Source of the DNA: Candidatus Aldehydirespirator catecholifindens
Lineage (GTDB): Bacteria > Actinomycetota > Acidimicrobiia > Acidimicrobiales > Aldehydirespiratoraceae
Assembly (NCBI GenBank): GCA_028283245.1
Contig: JAPYNU010000046.1
Location: 2,033 to 66,032, forward strand
Reading direction: 5' to 3'
DNA length: 64,000 nt
Positions 1 to 8,775 of this stretch are shown here, piece after piece. Position 1 is the stretch's first letter, and every line of letters starts with the position of its first letter. The translations under genes were made by a program, and so were the position numbers. The notes under the pieces were generated by a model. It was given only the letters and a program-made list of their open reading frames with translations. It ran no database searches and was not told the DNA's origin.

Positions 1-1293
1 ACCAAGGTCGGTGCTGACACGGCTCTGGCGCAGATCATCCGCCTAGTGGATCAAGCTCAGGGAGGTCGCGCTGCGGTTCAACGGCTTGCCGACCGGGTGT
101 CGTCGGTGTTCGTGCCGCTGGCCATTGCCATCTCGATTATCTCTCTGGTTGGCTGGTTGGCTTCGGGGCAGCCGGTGAACGACGCCTTCACTGCGGCGGT
201 TGCTGTGCTCATCATTGCCTGCCCCTGTGCTTTAGGTCTGGCCACGCCCCTAGCGATCATGGTCGGCACCGGCAGGGGTGCCCAACTCGGAGTGATCATT
301 AAGGGTGCCGAAGTCCTCGAAGACACACGCGCCGTTGAGGTGATCTTGTTGGACAAGACCGGAACCCTCACCGAAGGCCGGATGGAACTGTCAGAGCTTT
401 CAGCTCCTGGATTAGAGCAGTCAGACATACAGCGCCTGTTGTCGTTGGCGGCTTCGCTCGAATCGCGCTCTGAGCATCCCATCGCCGCAGCCATCACCGC
501 AGCCACCGACTGCCACTATCCCGTTGACAGTTTCGACAACCGTCCGGGTCTCGGCGTGATCGGCACGATCAACGAGCCAGGTCACGAGTCAGGTCACGAG
601 CCGGTGGAGATTCGGGTGGGTCGGCGAGCGCTGTTCGACGAGATCCCGCCCGAGGTAGAGACCGCAGCCAGCGAAGCCGAAGCTAGCGGTGCCACGGCTG
701 TGCTGGTAGGCCGCGGGGCACATGCCGAGGGGGTGTTGGTGGTGGCTGATCGTCTCAAGCCGACATCAGCCGGTGCCGTGAGAGCTTTCGGTGAGCAAGG
801 CCTTAAGCCGGTGCTAGTAACCGGCGACAACAAGCGCACCGCCCAGACGGTGGCTGACACCGTCGGTGTTGAAGAAGTAATCGCCGAGGTTCTGCCTCAA
901 GACAAAGCCGCCGTGGTTGAGCGTTTCCAAGCTCAAGGCAAGCGGGTGGCAATGGTCGGCGACGGAATCAACGATGCACCAGCTCTAGCTCAAGCTGATC
1001 TGGGCATTGCCGTCGGCACCGGCACCGATGTGGCTATGGAAGCCTCGGATTTGACGGTGGTGGCAGGAGATCTTCGAGCCGTCGCTGATGCCATTGCGTT
1101 GTCGCGACGCACCCTGACGACGATCAAAGGCAACCTCTTTTGGGCTTTTGCTTATAACACTTTGGCGATCCCGCTTGCAGCTTTCGGCGTTCTCAACCCG
1201 ATGATCGCAGCGGGTGCCATGGGCCTCTCGTCGCTTTTCGTGGTGGCCAACAGCCTTCGCTTGAACCGTTTTGCTGGCTATCGAGCTGCCTAA
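1..1293 (+). CDS. Heavy-metal translocating P1B-type ATPase (5' end outside window)
   Basis: The frame is open from base 1; TKVGADTALAQIIRLVDQAQ precedes the listed Met. Motifs: CPC (IIACPCALGLATP), DKTGTLT phosphorylation site, GDGINDAP hinge. Stop TAA at 1291-1293. Confidence 0.9.
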   Translation, partial: TKVGADTALAQIIRLVDQAQGGRAAVQRLADRVSSVFVPLAIAISIISLVGWLASGQPVNDAFTAAVAVLIIACPCALGLATPLAIMVGTGRGAQLGVIIKGAEVLEDTRAVEVILLDKTGTLTEGRMELSELSAPGLEQSDIQRLLSLAASLESRSEHPIAAAITAATDCHYPVDSFDNRPGLGVIGTINEPGHESGHEPVEIRVGRRALFDEIPPEVETAASEAEASGATAVLVGRGAHAEGVLVVADRLKPTSAGAVRAFGEQGLKPVLVTGDNKRTAQTVADTVGVEEVIAEVLPQDKAAVVERFQAQGKRVAMVGDGINDAPALAQADLGIAVGTGTDVAMEASDLTVVAGDLRAVADAIALSRRTLTTIKGNLFWAFAYNTLAIPLAAFGVLNPMIAAGAMGLSSLFVVANSLRLNRFAGYRAA

Positions 1294-1316
1294 GCAACGT
1301 CCCATACCAACCGCTG

Positions 1317-1338
1317 TTATTGCAATTGATTGCAATAA
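1317..1338. promoter_or_regulatory. AT-rich inverted repeat, candidate metalloregulator operator upstream of the CDF gene
   Basis: The sequence is ttattgcaa-ttga-ttgcaataa, with 9-bp perfect arms. It can also be read as two copies of the palindrome ATTGCAAT. It lies ~70 bp upstream of the CDF start in an otherwise GC-rich spacer. Confidence 0.45.
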
Positions 1339-1407
1339 GCAGTCCTGTGGACTACGCTGCCGTGCTGCGCAACTCCTAAATCAGATCATCTAACCCGAGG
1401 AGCCTCC

Positions 1408-2709
1408 GTGAGCAGCAGCACCCATCACGATCAAGCCCACGGCCACGAACATCACGACCACGACCACGATCATGACCAGGCCCATGATCAAGCACACAGT
1501 CATGAGCATCACGATCATGAGCAGCATGACCAGGCCCACGACCACAGTCACGACAACGGACATAGCACCGATCATGGGCACAGTCATTCCAAAGAACACA
1601 GCCACGACCACGACCACAATCATGGGCACAGCCATTCCAACGGCCATGGCGACCATTCACACGGCTCTGGCCTGCTGGCCACGATCAAGCATGCAATAGT
1701 CCCTCACGCCCACGACCACAGCGAAGCGATCCAGTCAGCCGATCTGTCCAGCAGTCAAGGCATCCGTGCCGCTTGGATCGGACTGGCAGGAATGATGGCA
1801 ACCGCCATAGCTCAGGTCGTGATCGTGGCCCTGTCGGGGTCGGTCGCTCTGCTAGCAGACACGATCCATAACCTCGGCCACGCCGCCACCACTATCCCTT
1901 TGATCTTGGCTTTCCGCTTAGGCCGACGTGCTGCCACCAATCGCTACAGCTACGGATATCGCCGAGCCGAAGACTTAGTTGGGCTATTCATCGGGTTGAT
2001 TATCTTGGCCAGTGTTGCGCTGATCTTCTTTGAAGCGATTGATGCTTTGATCAACCAGCGTGAACTCACCAACTTGGGCTGGGTGTTCGCAGCTGGAATC
2101 GTAGGTTTCATGGGCAACGAGGTGGTGGCCGTCTACCGCATTCGCGCTGGCAGGCGCATCAACTCAGCAGCTCTGATTGCCGAAGGTCAACATGCCCGCG
2201 TCGACGGTCTGACTTCAATCGCTGTGGTGGTGGGAGTGGTCGGGGTTTGGCTGGGCTTTCCCGAAGCTGATGCCATTATGGGCTTTATCATCGGAGCAAT
2301 AGTTTTTGGGATACTGATAGTCTCAATGAGGCCTGTAATGCGGCGACTGCTTGACGGAGTAGAAGACGACATGATTGAACGCCTGACAGCGACCGTCTCC
2401 GAAGTGCCCGGCGTGAAAAGTGTTGACCGTGTCAGGGCTCGCTGGGCTGGTCACCGCATGGAGTGCGATATAGCTATTCAGGTTGACTCTGACCTCAACG
2501 TTCTGGCAGGTCACGCGATCTCTGAAGAAGTGGAGCATGCTGTTCTTCACGCTGCTCCCAACATGGATGGTGCTGTGGTGCATCTTCATCCGCAAGTGAG
2601 CAACGAGCAGTTGCAGACACTCCATGAACTCTCGGGACATCACGCAAGCCGTGAAGCCAGAGAGGCCTATCTTGCCCGACGAGCTAGAGAAGTCGCAGCA
2701 CCCAGCTGA
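1408..2709 (+). CDS. Cation diffusion facilitator (CDF) metal efflux transporter with a long His-rich N-terminal tail
   Basis: GTG start preceded by GAGGAG. The first ~95 aa are almost pure His/Asp/Gln/Ser (HDHDHDHD, HSHEHH...). This is followed by a multi-TM CDF core (LLADTIHNLGHA, AEGQHARVDGLTS) and a cytoplasmic C-domain. Confidence 0.85.
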   Translation: MSSSTHHDQAHGHEHHDHDHDHDQAHDQAHSHEHHDHEQHDQAHDHSHDNGHSTDHGHSHSKEHSHDHDHNHGHSHSNGHGDHSHGSGLLATIKHAIVPHAHDHSEAIQSADLSSSQGIRAAWIGLAGMMATAIAQVVIVALSGSVALLADTIHNLGHAATTIPLILAFRLGRRAATNRYSYGYRRAEDLVGLFIGLIILASVALIFFEAIDALINQRELTNLGWVFAAGIVGFMGNEVVAVYRIRAGRRINSAALIAEGQHARVDGLTSIAVVVGVVGVWLGFPEADAIMGFIIGAIVFGILIVSMRPVMRRLLDGVEDDMIERLTATVSEVPGVKSVDRVRARWAGHRMECDIAIQVDSDLNVLAGHAISEEVEHAVLHAAPNMDGAVVHLHPQVSNEQLQTLHELSGHHASREAREAYLARRAREVAAPS

Positions 2710-2731
2710 TCCCGAGTGGATAACGCTGGAG

Positions 2732-3160
2732 TTGCACAAGCGGATCCGTGGTGCAGGGCTTCGGCTTACCAATCAACGCCGAGCAATATGTGAGGTGTTG
2801 GCTCAAAACGGCGAGGCTTTTCTCACTGTGGGGGAGATCCTCTCTGCCGCAGCAGAAGTGGCCGACACACTTGACCCTTCAACATGTCACCGCACCTTGA
2901 ACGACCTCGCCGAAATCGGTGTTGTTCACCACATCCATTTCGGATCACAGCCGGGAAGGTGGCATCTGACTCTGGAGCACTCTCACCAGCATTTGGCTTG
3001 TGAGAGTTGCGGAGCTATGACTCTTGTTCCCTCTAGCAGGCTCCAAGAAACCTTCAAAATGCTGCAATCCGAATACAACTTCCACGTCTCGTTGCATCAT
3101 TTCGCCATTCTTGGACAATGCGGCCAGTGCCGCAGAGACGACAAACACTCACATCACTAG
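2732..3160 (+). CDS. Fur-family metal-responsive transcriptional regulator (Fur/Zur-like)
   Basis: LRLTNQRRAICEVL winged helix, a VVHHIHFG His cluster, and two CxxC pairs (CESCG, CGQC). The listed ORF starts at 2624 but overlaps the CDF gene by 86 nt. A TTG at 2732 gives a typical ~142-aa Fur; the start is uncertain. Confidence 0.8.
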   Translation: MHKRIRGAGLRLTNQRRAICEVLAQNGEAFLTVGEILSAAAEVADTLDPSTCHRTLNDLAEIGVVHHIHFGSQPGRWHLTLEHSHQHLACESCGAMTLVPSSRLQETFKMLQSEYNFHVSLHHFAILGQCGQCRRDDKHSHH

Positions 3161-3179
3161 CTGCAACAAACTGGCTAAC

Positions 3180-4238
3180 TCACTTCGTTCGGGTCACTTT
3201 CGACAGCCCCCGCGGCGTCTCAGGGTCAAGGCCTCGAGCAACGGCGAGGCTGTGCGCAAACAACTGCATCGCCGGAGCCACGGCAATCGGTGCCAGCCAC
3301 TCGGCGACCTTGGGGATCAACACACGCTGTGAGCACGGAAACGACTCTTCATCAGATATTGCCACTACATGCGCTCCCCGCTGGAGCAGTTGCTCAGATA
3401 GTTCAGTGAGCGACTCCAGATGCGTGCCTGAGGTGGCAACCATCAATACGCAGAATCCCGGCTCTACCACAGCCACCGGCCCGTGCAGGAAATCAGCAGC
3501 CGAATAGGCCTGCGCCAGAACGTAGGTCAACTCCTGCAGCTTCAGCGCCCACTCATAAATGGTGGCCTGATGAAAACCTCGTCCGATCACCACACAGCGG
3601 TCTGCGTCTATTAGCCCCCCGGCCGCAGCCTCAATCGTGTGAGCCGTCTTGAGCACGTCCTCAAGCACTTCAGGCATGCCATAAAGCTCCGCCGCAGCCG
3701 ATTCGTGGGCCACAGCCATCTCTTCCGCCGCAGCCATGTCGTGGGCCGCAGTCGAGCCGACAGCGCACAGCGCTACTGCTGCGAGCTGAGCCGTGTAGGT
3801 CTTGGTAGCTGCAACGGAACGCTCTTCGCCTGCACATAAAGCCATCACTGGATCACCGAAGCGCCCGAGCGGAGAATCAGGATGATTGGTGATCACCACG
3901 CTAGGACACCCCTGGTGTCTGGCTGATTCCAGCACTGCCACCAGATCAGGCGACTCCCCAGATTGGGAGATGCCCACAACAACCGCCCCAGCCAGCGACG
4001 GCGCACGGTTTCGCTGCCCGAAGAGCGAAGGTGCGGTCAATCCCACCGACAAGCCCAGCTTCGAGCCCCAAACATACTGTGCGTAGCGGGCTGCATTGTC
4101 TGAGGTGCCTCGAGCCGCAATCACCACATGATCAGCAGCTGCGACCAGCTCTGCAAACTCGGTGGCTTGCGCTTGGTTGGCATCAAGGCAACGACGCACA
4201 GCATCCGGCTGCTCCATCAGCTCAGACAGCATGCTCAT
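3180..4238 (-). CDS. SIS-domain sugar-phosphate isomerase/deaminase (GlmS isomerase-domain / AgaS / FrlB-like)
   Basis: 352 aa with two SIS modules: AARGTSDNAARYAQYVW and GISQSGESPDLV. Confidence 0.75.
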   Translation of the reverse strand: MSMLSELMEQPDAVRRCLDANQAQATEFAELVAAADHVVIAARGTSDNAARYAQYVWGSKLGLSVGLTAPSLFGQRNRAPSLAGAVVVGISQSGESPDLVAVLESARHQGCPSVVITNHPDSPLGRFGDPVMALCAGEERSVAATKTYTAQLAAVALCAVGSTAAHDMAAAEEMAVAHESAAAELYGMPEVLEDVLKTAHTIEAAAGGLIDADRCVVIGRGFHQATIYEWALKLQELTYVLAQAYSAADFLHGPVAVVEPGFCVLMVATSGTHLESLTELSEQLLQRGAHVVAISDEESFPCSQRVLIPKVAEWLAPIAVAPAMQLFAHSLAVARGLDPETPRGLSKVTRTK

Positions 4239-4281
4239 GTGCTGATACCCGCCGGAGTCATGATAATCACACTACCACACT

Positions 4282-4311
4282 GTGGTTGTTGCAACTAGTT
4301 GCAACAACCAC
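4282..4311. promoter_or_regulatory. 30-bp perfect palindrome in the divergent promoter region (candidate operator)
   Basis: gtggttgttgcaac-ta-gttgcaacaaccac with 14-bp perfect arms. It lies between the divergently transcribed SIS gene (start 4238) and the AraM-like gene (start 4336). Confidence 0.55.
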
Positions 4312-4335
4312 GAATTATGGGCTACTCTGCTTGCA

Positions 4336-5358
4336 ATGCTTGATCTGCCATTGTTCGAGACAACCGAGAGTTCGCATCGCGAAGTGCTTGACGGGCTCCC
4401 CAGCTACACGGCATGTGTGAGCGATCCACCCTGGTCAAACTTGGCTTCGATGGTGCGGCCACCCGAGCGGGTCATCGCAGCTTGGGACACCGGTATCGAC
4501 CATCTTGAGTCGCTTATCGAAGCCGAAGGCGACTCCGAATACGTTGTGGGGATAGGTGGTGGCTCAGCACTCGACACGGCCAAGTTCATCTCATGGAAGA
4601 CCGGCAAGCCACTGATTCAAATCCCGACGATTGTTTCCGTTGATGCCTGCTTCACCCGAGACATCGGCATACGGGTCGAAGGCAACGTCAAATATGTGGG
4701 TCTGATCATCCCCGAGACCGTGGTAGTGGACATTGATCTGATCCGCTCGGCACCCGGCCATCTCAACCGGGCCGGCATCGGCGACATTTTGTCTTGCCAG
4801 ACCGGACTCTTCGACTGGAAGCTGGCATCTGACCGAGACGAAGGCGTTGCCTGGGACAATGACCTAGCTGCGCTGGGATACCAACTGCTGGATGAACTCA
4901 CCGAACACGCCGACGAGGTTGCTGCCGTCAGCGAAGATGCCGTCCGTTGGCTGGCTTGGGCTTACCGGCGCATCGGTGCTGCCTGTATGCAGGCTGGCCA
5001 TTCACGCTTCGAGGAAGGATCCGAGCATTTCCTCGGTTACGCCTATGAGTTCCACACCGGTGACCATCAGATACACGGCGAGCTGATCGCCATGTGTGTG
5101 GTGGCTGCGTCGTCGCTGCAAGGCGAGGGACAATCACAGGCCACAGAGATCATCGCCCGCTCCAAGACGCGTGCCCATCCCGCCGATCTGGGCATTACGC
5201 GCCAAGCGTTCGATCATGCAGTGCTTGACCTTGCCGACTATGTGCGCCGCCAGGATCTGGACTTCTCGATGGTTGATGTTTGCACCATTGACAGCCACGT
5301 TGCAGACCAGCTCTGGAGCGCAGTGACCGAACTACCTCGCCAGCCGAGTGTTGGCTAG
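4336..5358 (+). CDS. Glycerol-1-phosphate dehydrogenase/AraM-like member of the iron-containing alcohol dehydrogenase / DHQS-like superfamily
   Basis: GIGGGSALDTAKF nucleotide loop, PTIVSVDACF, NRAGIGDILS. The listed start at 4282 lies inside the palindrome, so ATG 4336 is preferred. Confidence 0.7.
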   Translation: MLDLPLFETTESSHREVLDGLPSYTACVSDPPWSNLASMVRPPERVIAAWDTGIDHLESLIEAEGDSEYVVGIGGGSALDTAKFISWKTGKPLIQIPTIVSVDACFTRDIGIRVEGNVKYVGLIIPETVVVDIDLIRSAPGHLNRAGIGDILSCQTGLFDWKLASDRDEGVAWDNDLAALGYQLLDELTEHADEVAAVSEDAVRWLAWAYRRIGAACMQAGHSRFEEGSEHFLGYAYEFHTGDHQIHGELIAMCVVAASSLQGEGQSQATEIIARSKTRAHPADLGITRQAFDHAVLDLADYVRRQDLDFSMVDVCTIDSHVADQLWSAVTELPRQPSVG

Positions 5359-5432
5359 CCTCGGTGCGCGCCCATAATCTCAATAGCCACGCAGTCAAAC
5401 GTGTGGCAGTCCCATAAGGAGAGGAGACACAT

Positions 5433-6893
5433 ATGAGACACCCAGATTCTGGGAAGACCCGCCGTTGGAGGAGCCGCTCGCTTATTGCTCTTGTGGCAAT
5501 CTTCGCGCTTGTCGCTGCCGCCTGCGGTGATGACGACGATGACGACGAAGCGTCAAGTGCCCCCGCGGTCACCACAACAGCAGCCGCCGCCGCTGCTGAG
5601 ATGGATGATGATGACCACGGCGACGATGACGACCACGCCCACGATGATGAGCCTGACTCAGATATGGGATTACCGACCGGAAATGTTGAGCTCCGTATGG
5701 CTTACTTCAACGGCGGTGGCCAAACTCAAATCGACTTCCGCGAGGAGCAGGCAGCCGATTTCAACGAGATGCATCCCAACGTGACAGTGAGAATGGAGCC
5801 GATCCCTGACTGGTCAACGACCATTTTCCCGCAGATCGCCGCCGGTACCGCTGCTGATGTTCTCTGGGGTGGCACCGACGATGGTTACACGCAGATGGTG
5901 GCCATCAACGCGTTCCAGTCGCTTCAGCCTTTCATTGATGATGAGGGATTCGATCTGTCACCTTGGCCCGACAACATGATTCAGCACTTCTCGGATGCTG
6001 ACGGCGGTTCGTTGATACTTCCGGTCTCGAACCTGGCGTTCAACTTCCTCTACTACAACAAAAACCTGTTTGATGCTGCTGGCGTTGACTACCCGGATGC
6101 TTCTTGGACGGTTGATGACCTGATCAATGCCACACGAGACCTGTCCATCCCTGATGAACAGTGGGGCTTGAGTTTCGCTTGGGGTGACCTGTATCAGACC
6201 TGGATGCGGATGTACGGCTGTGAGTTCGCCAACGATGCCACCTATCCCAGCGACTACACCTATAACGGCCCGGCCTGTGTTGAGGCTCTTACCGACCTTG
6301 ACGAACTGGCCCGCAATGGTTACATCAACTGGGAGCTAGGAGCTAAGTTCGGAGGATTGGCACCTGGTGACACCGCTGGCGAGACAGCATTCTCAGGTGG
6401 TCACACAGCGATGCTGCTATCGGGCACCTGGGAAGCAGGTTCAATATCTGAGAACTCCGGCGGAGCTTTCGAGTTTGATGCTGCACCTGCACCGTTGAAG
6501 CAGGGCGGCAAGATTCAAGGTGCCGCCGAGGGCTTTGGCATCTATTCGGGCACCGATCATCCCGAGTGGGCTTGGGAGTTGGTGAAGTTCGTTGCGGGGA
6601 CCGAAGGCCAAGAACGCGAAGCCAAGCTGGGTCTAGGCACTTCACCGATCGAATCGATCCTTGATGGTGCCTACTGCACCTCTCCCGCACCGCCAGCGAA
6701 CAAGTGCGAAGTCGCCAAGATCGGTGCTGCCAACACCGAATGGGAGCCTTTGACTGCTGCTTGGGGCCCGGGTTTCTGGGATGTCATAACCCCGGCCGCT
6801 GAGGCGGCGTTCTTGTCGGATGCCGCACCAAACTGGCAAGAAGTGCTTGACGAAGCTGTCGATCTGTCACGTATGGCAGGGCCGCTGTCGTGA
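5433..6893 (+). CDS. Sugar ABC transporter substrate-binding lipoprotein (family 1 SBP)
   Basis: Lipobox LVAAAC followed by an acidic D/H-rich linker. The length and the WGG / LLSGTWE pattern are typical of carbohydrate SBPs. Two permease genes follow. Confidence 0.8.
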   Translation: MRHPDSGKTRRWRSRSLIALVAIFALVAAACGDDDDDDEASSAPAVTTTAAAAAAEMDDDDHGDDDDHAHDDEPDSDMGLPTGNVELRMAYFNGGGQTQIDFREEQAADFNEMHPNVTVRMEPIPDWSTTIFPQIAAGTAADVLWGGTDDGYTQMVAINAFQSLQPFIDDEGFDLSPWPDNMIQHFSDADGGSLILPVSNLAFNFLYYNKNLFDAAGVDYPDASWTVDDLINATRDLSIPDEQWGLSFAWGDLYQTWMRMYGCEFANDATYPSDYTYNGPACVEALTDLDELARNGYINWELGAKFGGLAPGDTAGETAFSGGHTAMLLSGTWEAGSISENSGGAFEFDAAPAPLKQGGKIQGAAEGFGIYSGTDHPEWAWELVKFVAGTEGQEREAKLGLGTSPIESILDGAYCTSPAPPANKCEVAKIGAANTEWEPLTAAWGPGFWDVITPAAEAAFLSDAAPNWQEVLDEAVDLSRMAGPLS

Positions 6894-7876
6894 AAATTGG
6901 CGAGTCGGGCCGTCTGCAGGTGAGCAGGCGGCCCCGCTCGTCTCCTCGCCGTAAGCGGCGAGGCCTGCAAACCCGGCGCGAAGAGCGCTGGTTTTATTTC
7001 TTCATTGCTCCTTGGCTGATCGGATTCATATTTTTCGGTCTGGGTCCGATGCTTGCCTCGGTGGGGCTGGCTTTCACTGACTACAACCTCAGTGGCTGGC
7101 CAAGCTTCGTCGGTTTCGACAACTTCGAGCGGATGGTTGATCCGGTGCAGGGTCCTCTGTTGGAGAAAGCCATCCGCAACACTCTCTACATCGCGCTGCT
7201 GGTAATTCCGCTGCAAATCCTGATCGGCTTAGGGCTTGCAGTGCTGCTAAGTCAACAAGTGCGAGGTATGCCGCTGTTTCGCACGGCCTTTTACCTGCCC
7301 ACAGTGGTGTCGGGCGTGGCCACAGTCGTCGTATGGATCTGGATTCTGGGCAGCGACGGCCTGCTCAATCAGGGTCTTGAGCTGTTCGGAATTGATGGAC
7401 CTGTCTGGTTGCGTGATCCGGCGACAGTAAAGCTGGGGATTGTGATCATCATGGTGTGGGGAGGCACTGGCGGGATGATGATCATCTTTCTCGCTGGTCT
7501 GCAAAGCATGCCGCGTGAGCTGCTAGAAGCCGCAGCCGTTGACGGAGCTTCAGCCGTTCGTCGTTTCTGGCATGTGAAACTGCCTTTGCTAACGCCACAG
7601 CTTTTCTTCAATCTGGTGATCGGTGTTGCTAGCGGCATAGGAGTGTTTACCGAGACCTATGTCGTGTCTTCAGAGACTGGGCCTGCCGGAAGCGGTTCAC
7701 CAGCCAACCAGACTTTAACTCTGGTTATGTATATCTACCGTCAGATGCTGGTGAACCTTCAGGTGGGATACGCGTCTGCTGTTGCGTGGGTGCTCACCGC
7801 AGCGATCGCGCTCTTGACGGCGATCCAGTTCTGGAGTTCACGCCGCTGGGTCTACTACGACAACGACAATCGATGA
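6890..7876 (+). CDS. Sugar ABC transporter permease (MalF/UgpA-like)
   Basis: EAAAVDGASAVRRFWHVKLPLL EAA loop and multiple TM segments. The GTGA start/stop overlap with the SBP gene supports an operon. Confidence 0.85.
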   Translation: MKIGESGRLQVSRRPRSSPRRKRRGLQTRREERWFYFFIAPWLIGFIFFGLGPMLASVGLAFTDYNLSGWPSFVGFDNFERMVDPVQGPLLEKAIRNTLYIALLVIPLQILIGLGLAVLLSQQVRGMPLFRTAFYLPTVVSGVATVVVWIWILGSDGLLNQGLELFGIDGPVWLRDPATVKLGIVIIMVWGGTGGMMIIFLAGLQSMPRELLEAAAVDGASAVRRFWHVKLPLLTPQLFFNLVIGVASGIGVFTETYVVSSETGPAGSGSPANQTLTLVMYIYRQMLVNLQVGYASAVAWVLTAAIALLTAIQFWSSRRWVYYDNDNR

Positions 7877-8775
7877 CTCTCAGTGACATTTCTTCGGACA
7901 GTTCTACTGCCAGCACTGCAATAGGTCCGGTCACAGGTGGTCGGCGTAGTTGGCGCACCGTGCGTCGCATTGTCTTGTATGTGGTTCTCATTGGTTTATC
8001 TTTTTTGTTTGCGCTGCCGTTTTTGTGGCAGGCTTCAGCGTCATTCAAAAACAGCGCTCAGATCCTAGAGCCGGGGCTCAACCTCATCCCCGAATCTTTT
8101 AAGCTAGACAACTATTCGCGTGTTTTTGATTCGGTGCCTTTCGACAGTTGGTTCTACAACTCGCTGTTCATCACTTTGCTGGGCACTCTCGGGGCGACTT
8201 TCTCGTCTGCGTTTTGCGCCTATGGTTTCGCGATTCTTCGTGCTCGTGGCAGCAATATCTGTTTTGCGTTGGCGCTAATCACAATCTTTATACCGTTCGA
8301 AGCTCTGCTGATACCCGAGTACATTCTGTTCGCCCAACTCGGCTGGCTCAACACTCCGTTACCGCTGATCATTCCTTGGTGCTTCGGCGGAGGAGCGTTC
8401 AACATCTTTTTGATGCGGCAGTTCTACAAAGGACTGCCTCGTGAGCTGATCGATGCCGCTCGGGTTGACGGCGCGTCGGAGTTCCGAATCTTCTGGAGGA
8501 TCATGCTGCCGCTCACGATTCCGGCTTTGACCGTGGTTGCAGTGTTTCATTTCATCTTCTTGTGGAATGACTTCCTGCGACCGCTGATATATCTCACCGA
8601 TGTCAACGAAACCACACTTCCGGTCGGATTGAGCGGCTTCCTTAGCCGTTTCAGCCGTCAATGGGCGATACTTATGGCTGGCAGCTTTATGGCTCTGCTA
8701 CCGATAGTGGTGCTGTTCGCAGTGGCTCAACGTTTCATTGTCAAGGGCATCAACCTCACAGGCGTAAGACGCTGA
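7873..8775 (+). CDS. Sugar ABC transporter permease (MalG/UgpE-like)
   Basis: DAARVDGASEFRIFWRIMLP EAA loop. ATG 7873 overlaps the upstream stop (ATGA). The listed ORF start at 7786 is probably an upstream extension. Confidence 0.85.
   Translation: MTLSDISSDSSTASTAIGPVTGGRRSWRTVRRIVLYVVLIGLSFLFALPFLWQASASFKNSAQILEPGLNLIPESFKLDNYSRVFDSVPFDSWFYNSLFITLLGTLGATFSSAFCAYGFAILRARGSNICFALALITIFIPFEALLIPEYILFAQLGWLNTPLPLIIPWCFGGGAFNIFLMRQFYKGLPRELIDAARVDGASEFRIFWRIMLPLTIPALTVVAVFHFIFLWNDFLRPLIYLTDVNETTLPVGLSGFLSRFSRQWAILMAGSFMALLPIVVLFAVAQRFIVKGINLTGVRR

Noticed and set aside
1376-1699. Several 75-94-aa ORFs on both strands within the His-rich region
   Set aside because: These are artefacts of the cac/gac/cat repeat composition. 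They overlap the well-supported CDF gene.
2624-2731. The first 36 codons of the listed Fur-family ORF
   Set aside because: They overlap the CDF gene by 86 nt and precede the conserved Fur N-terminus. They are probably not translated, although the true start remains uncertain.
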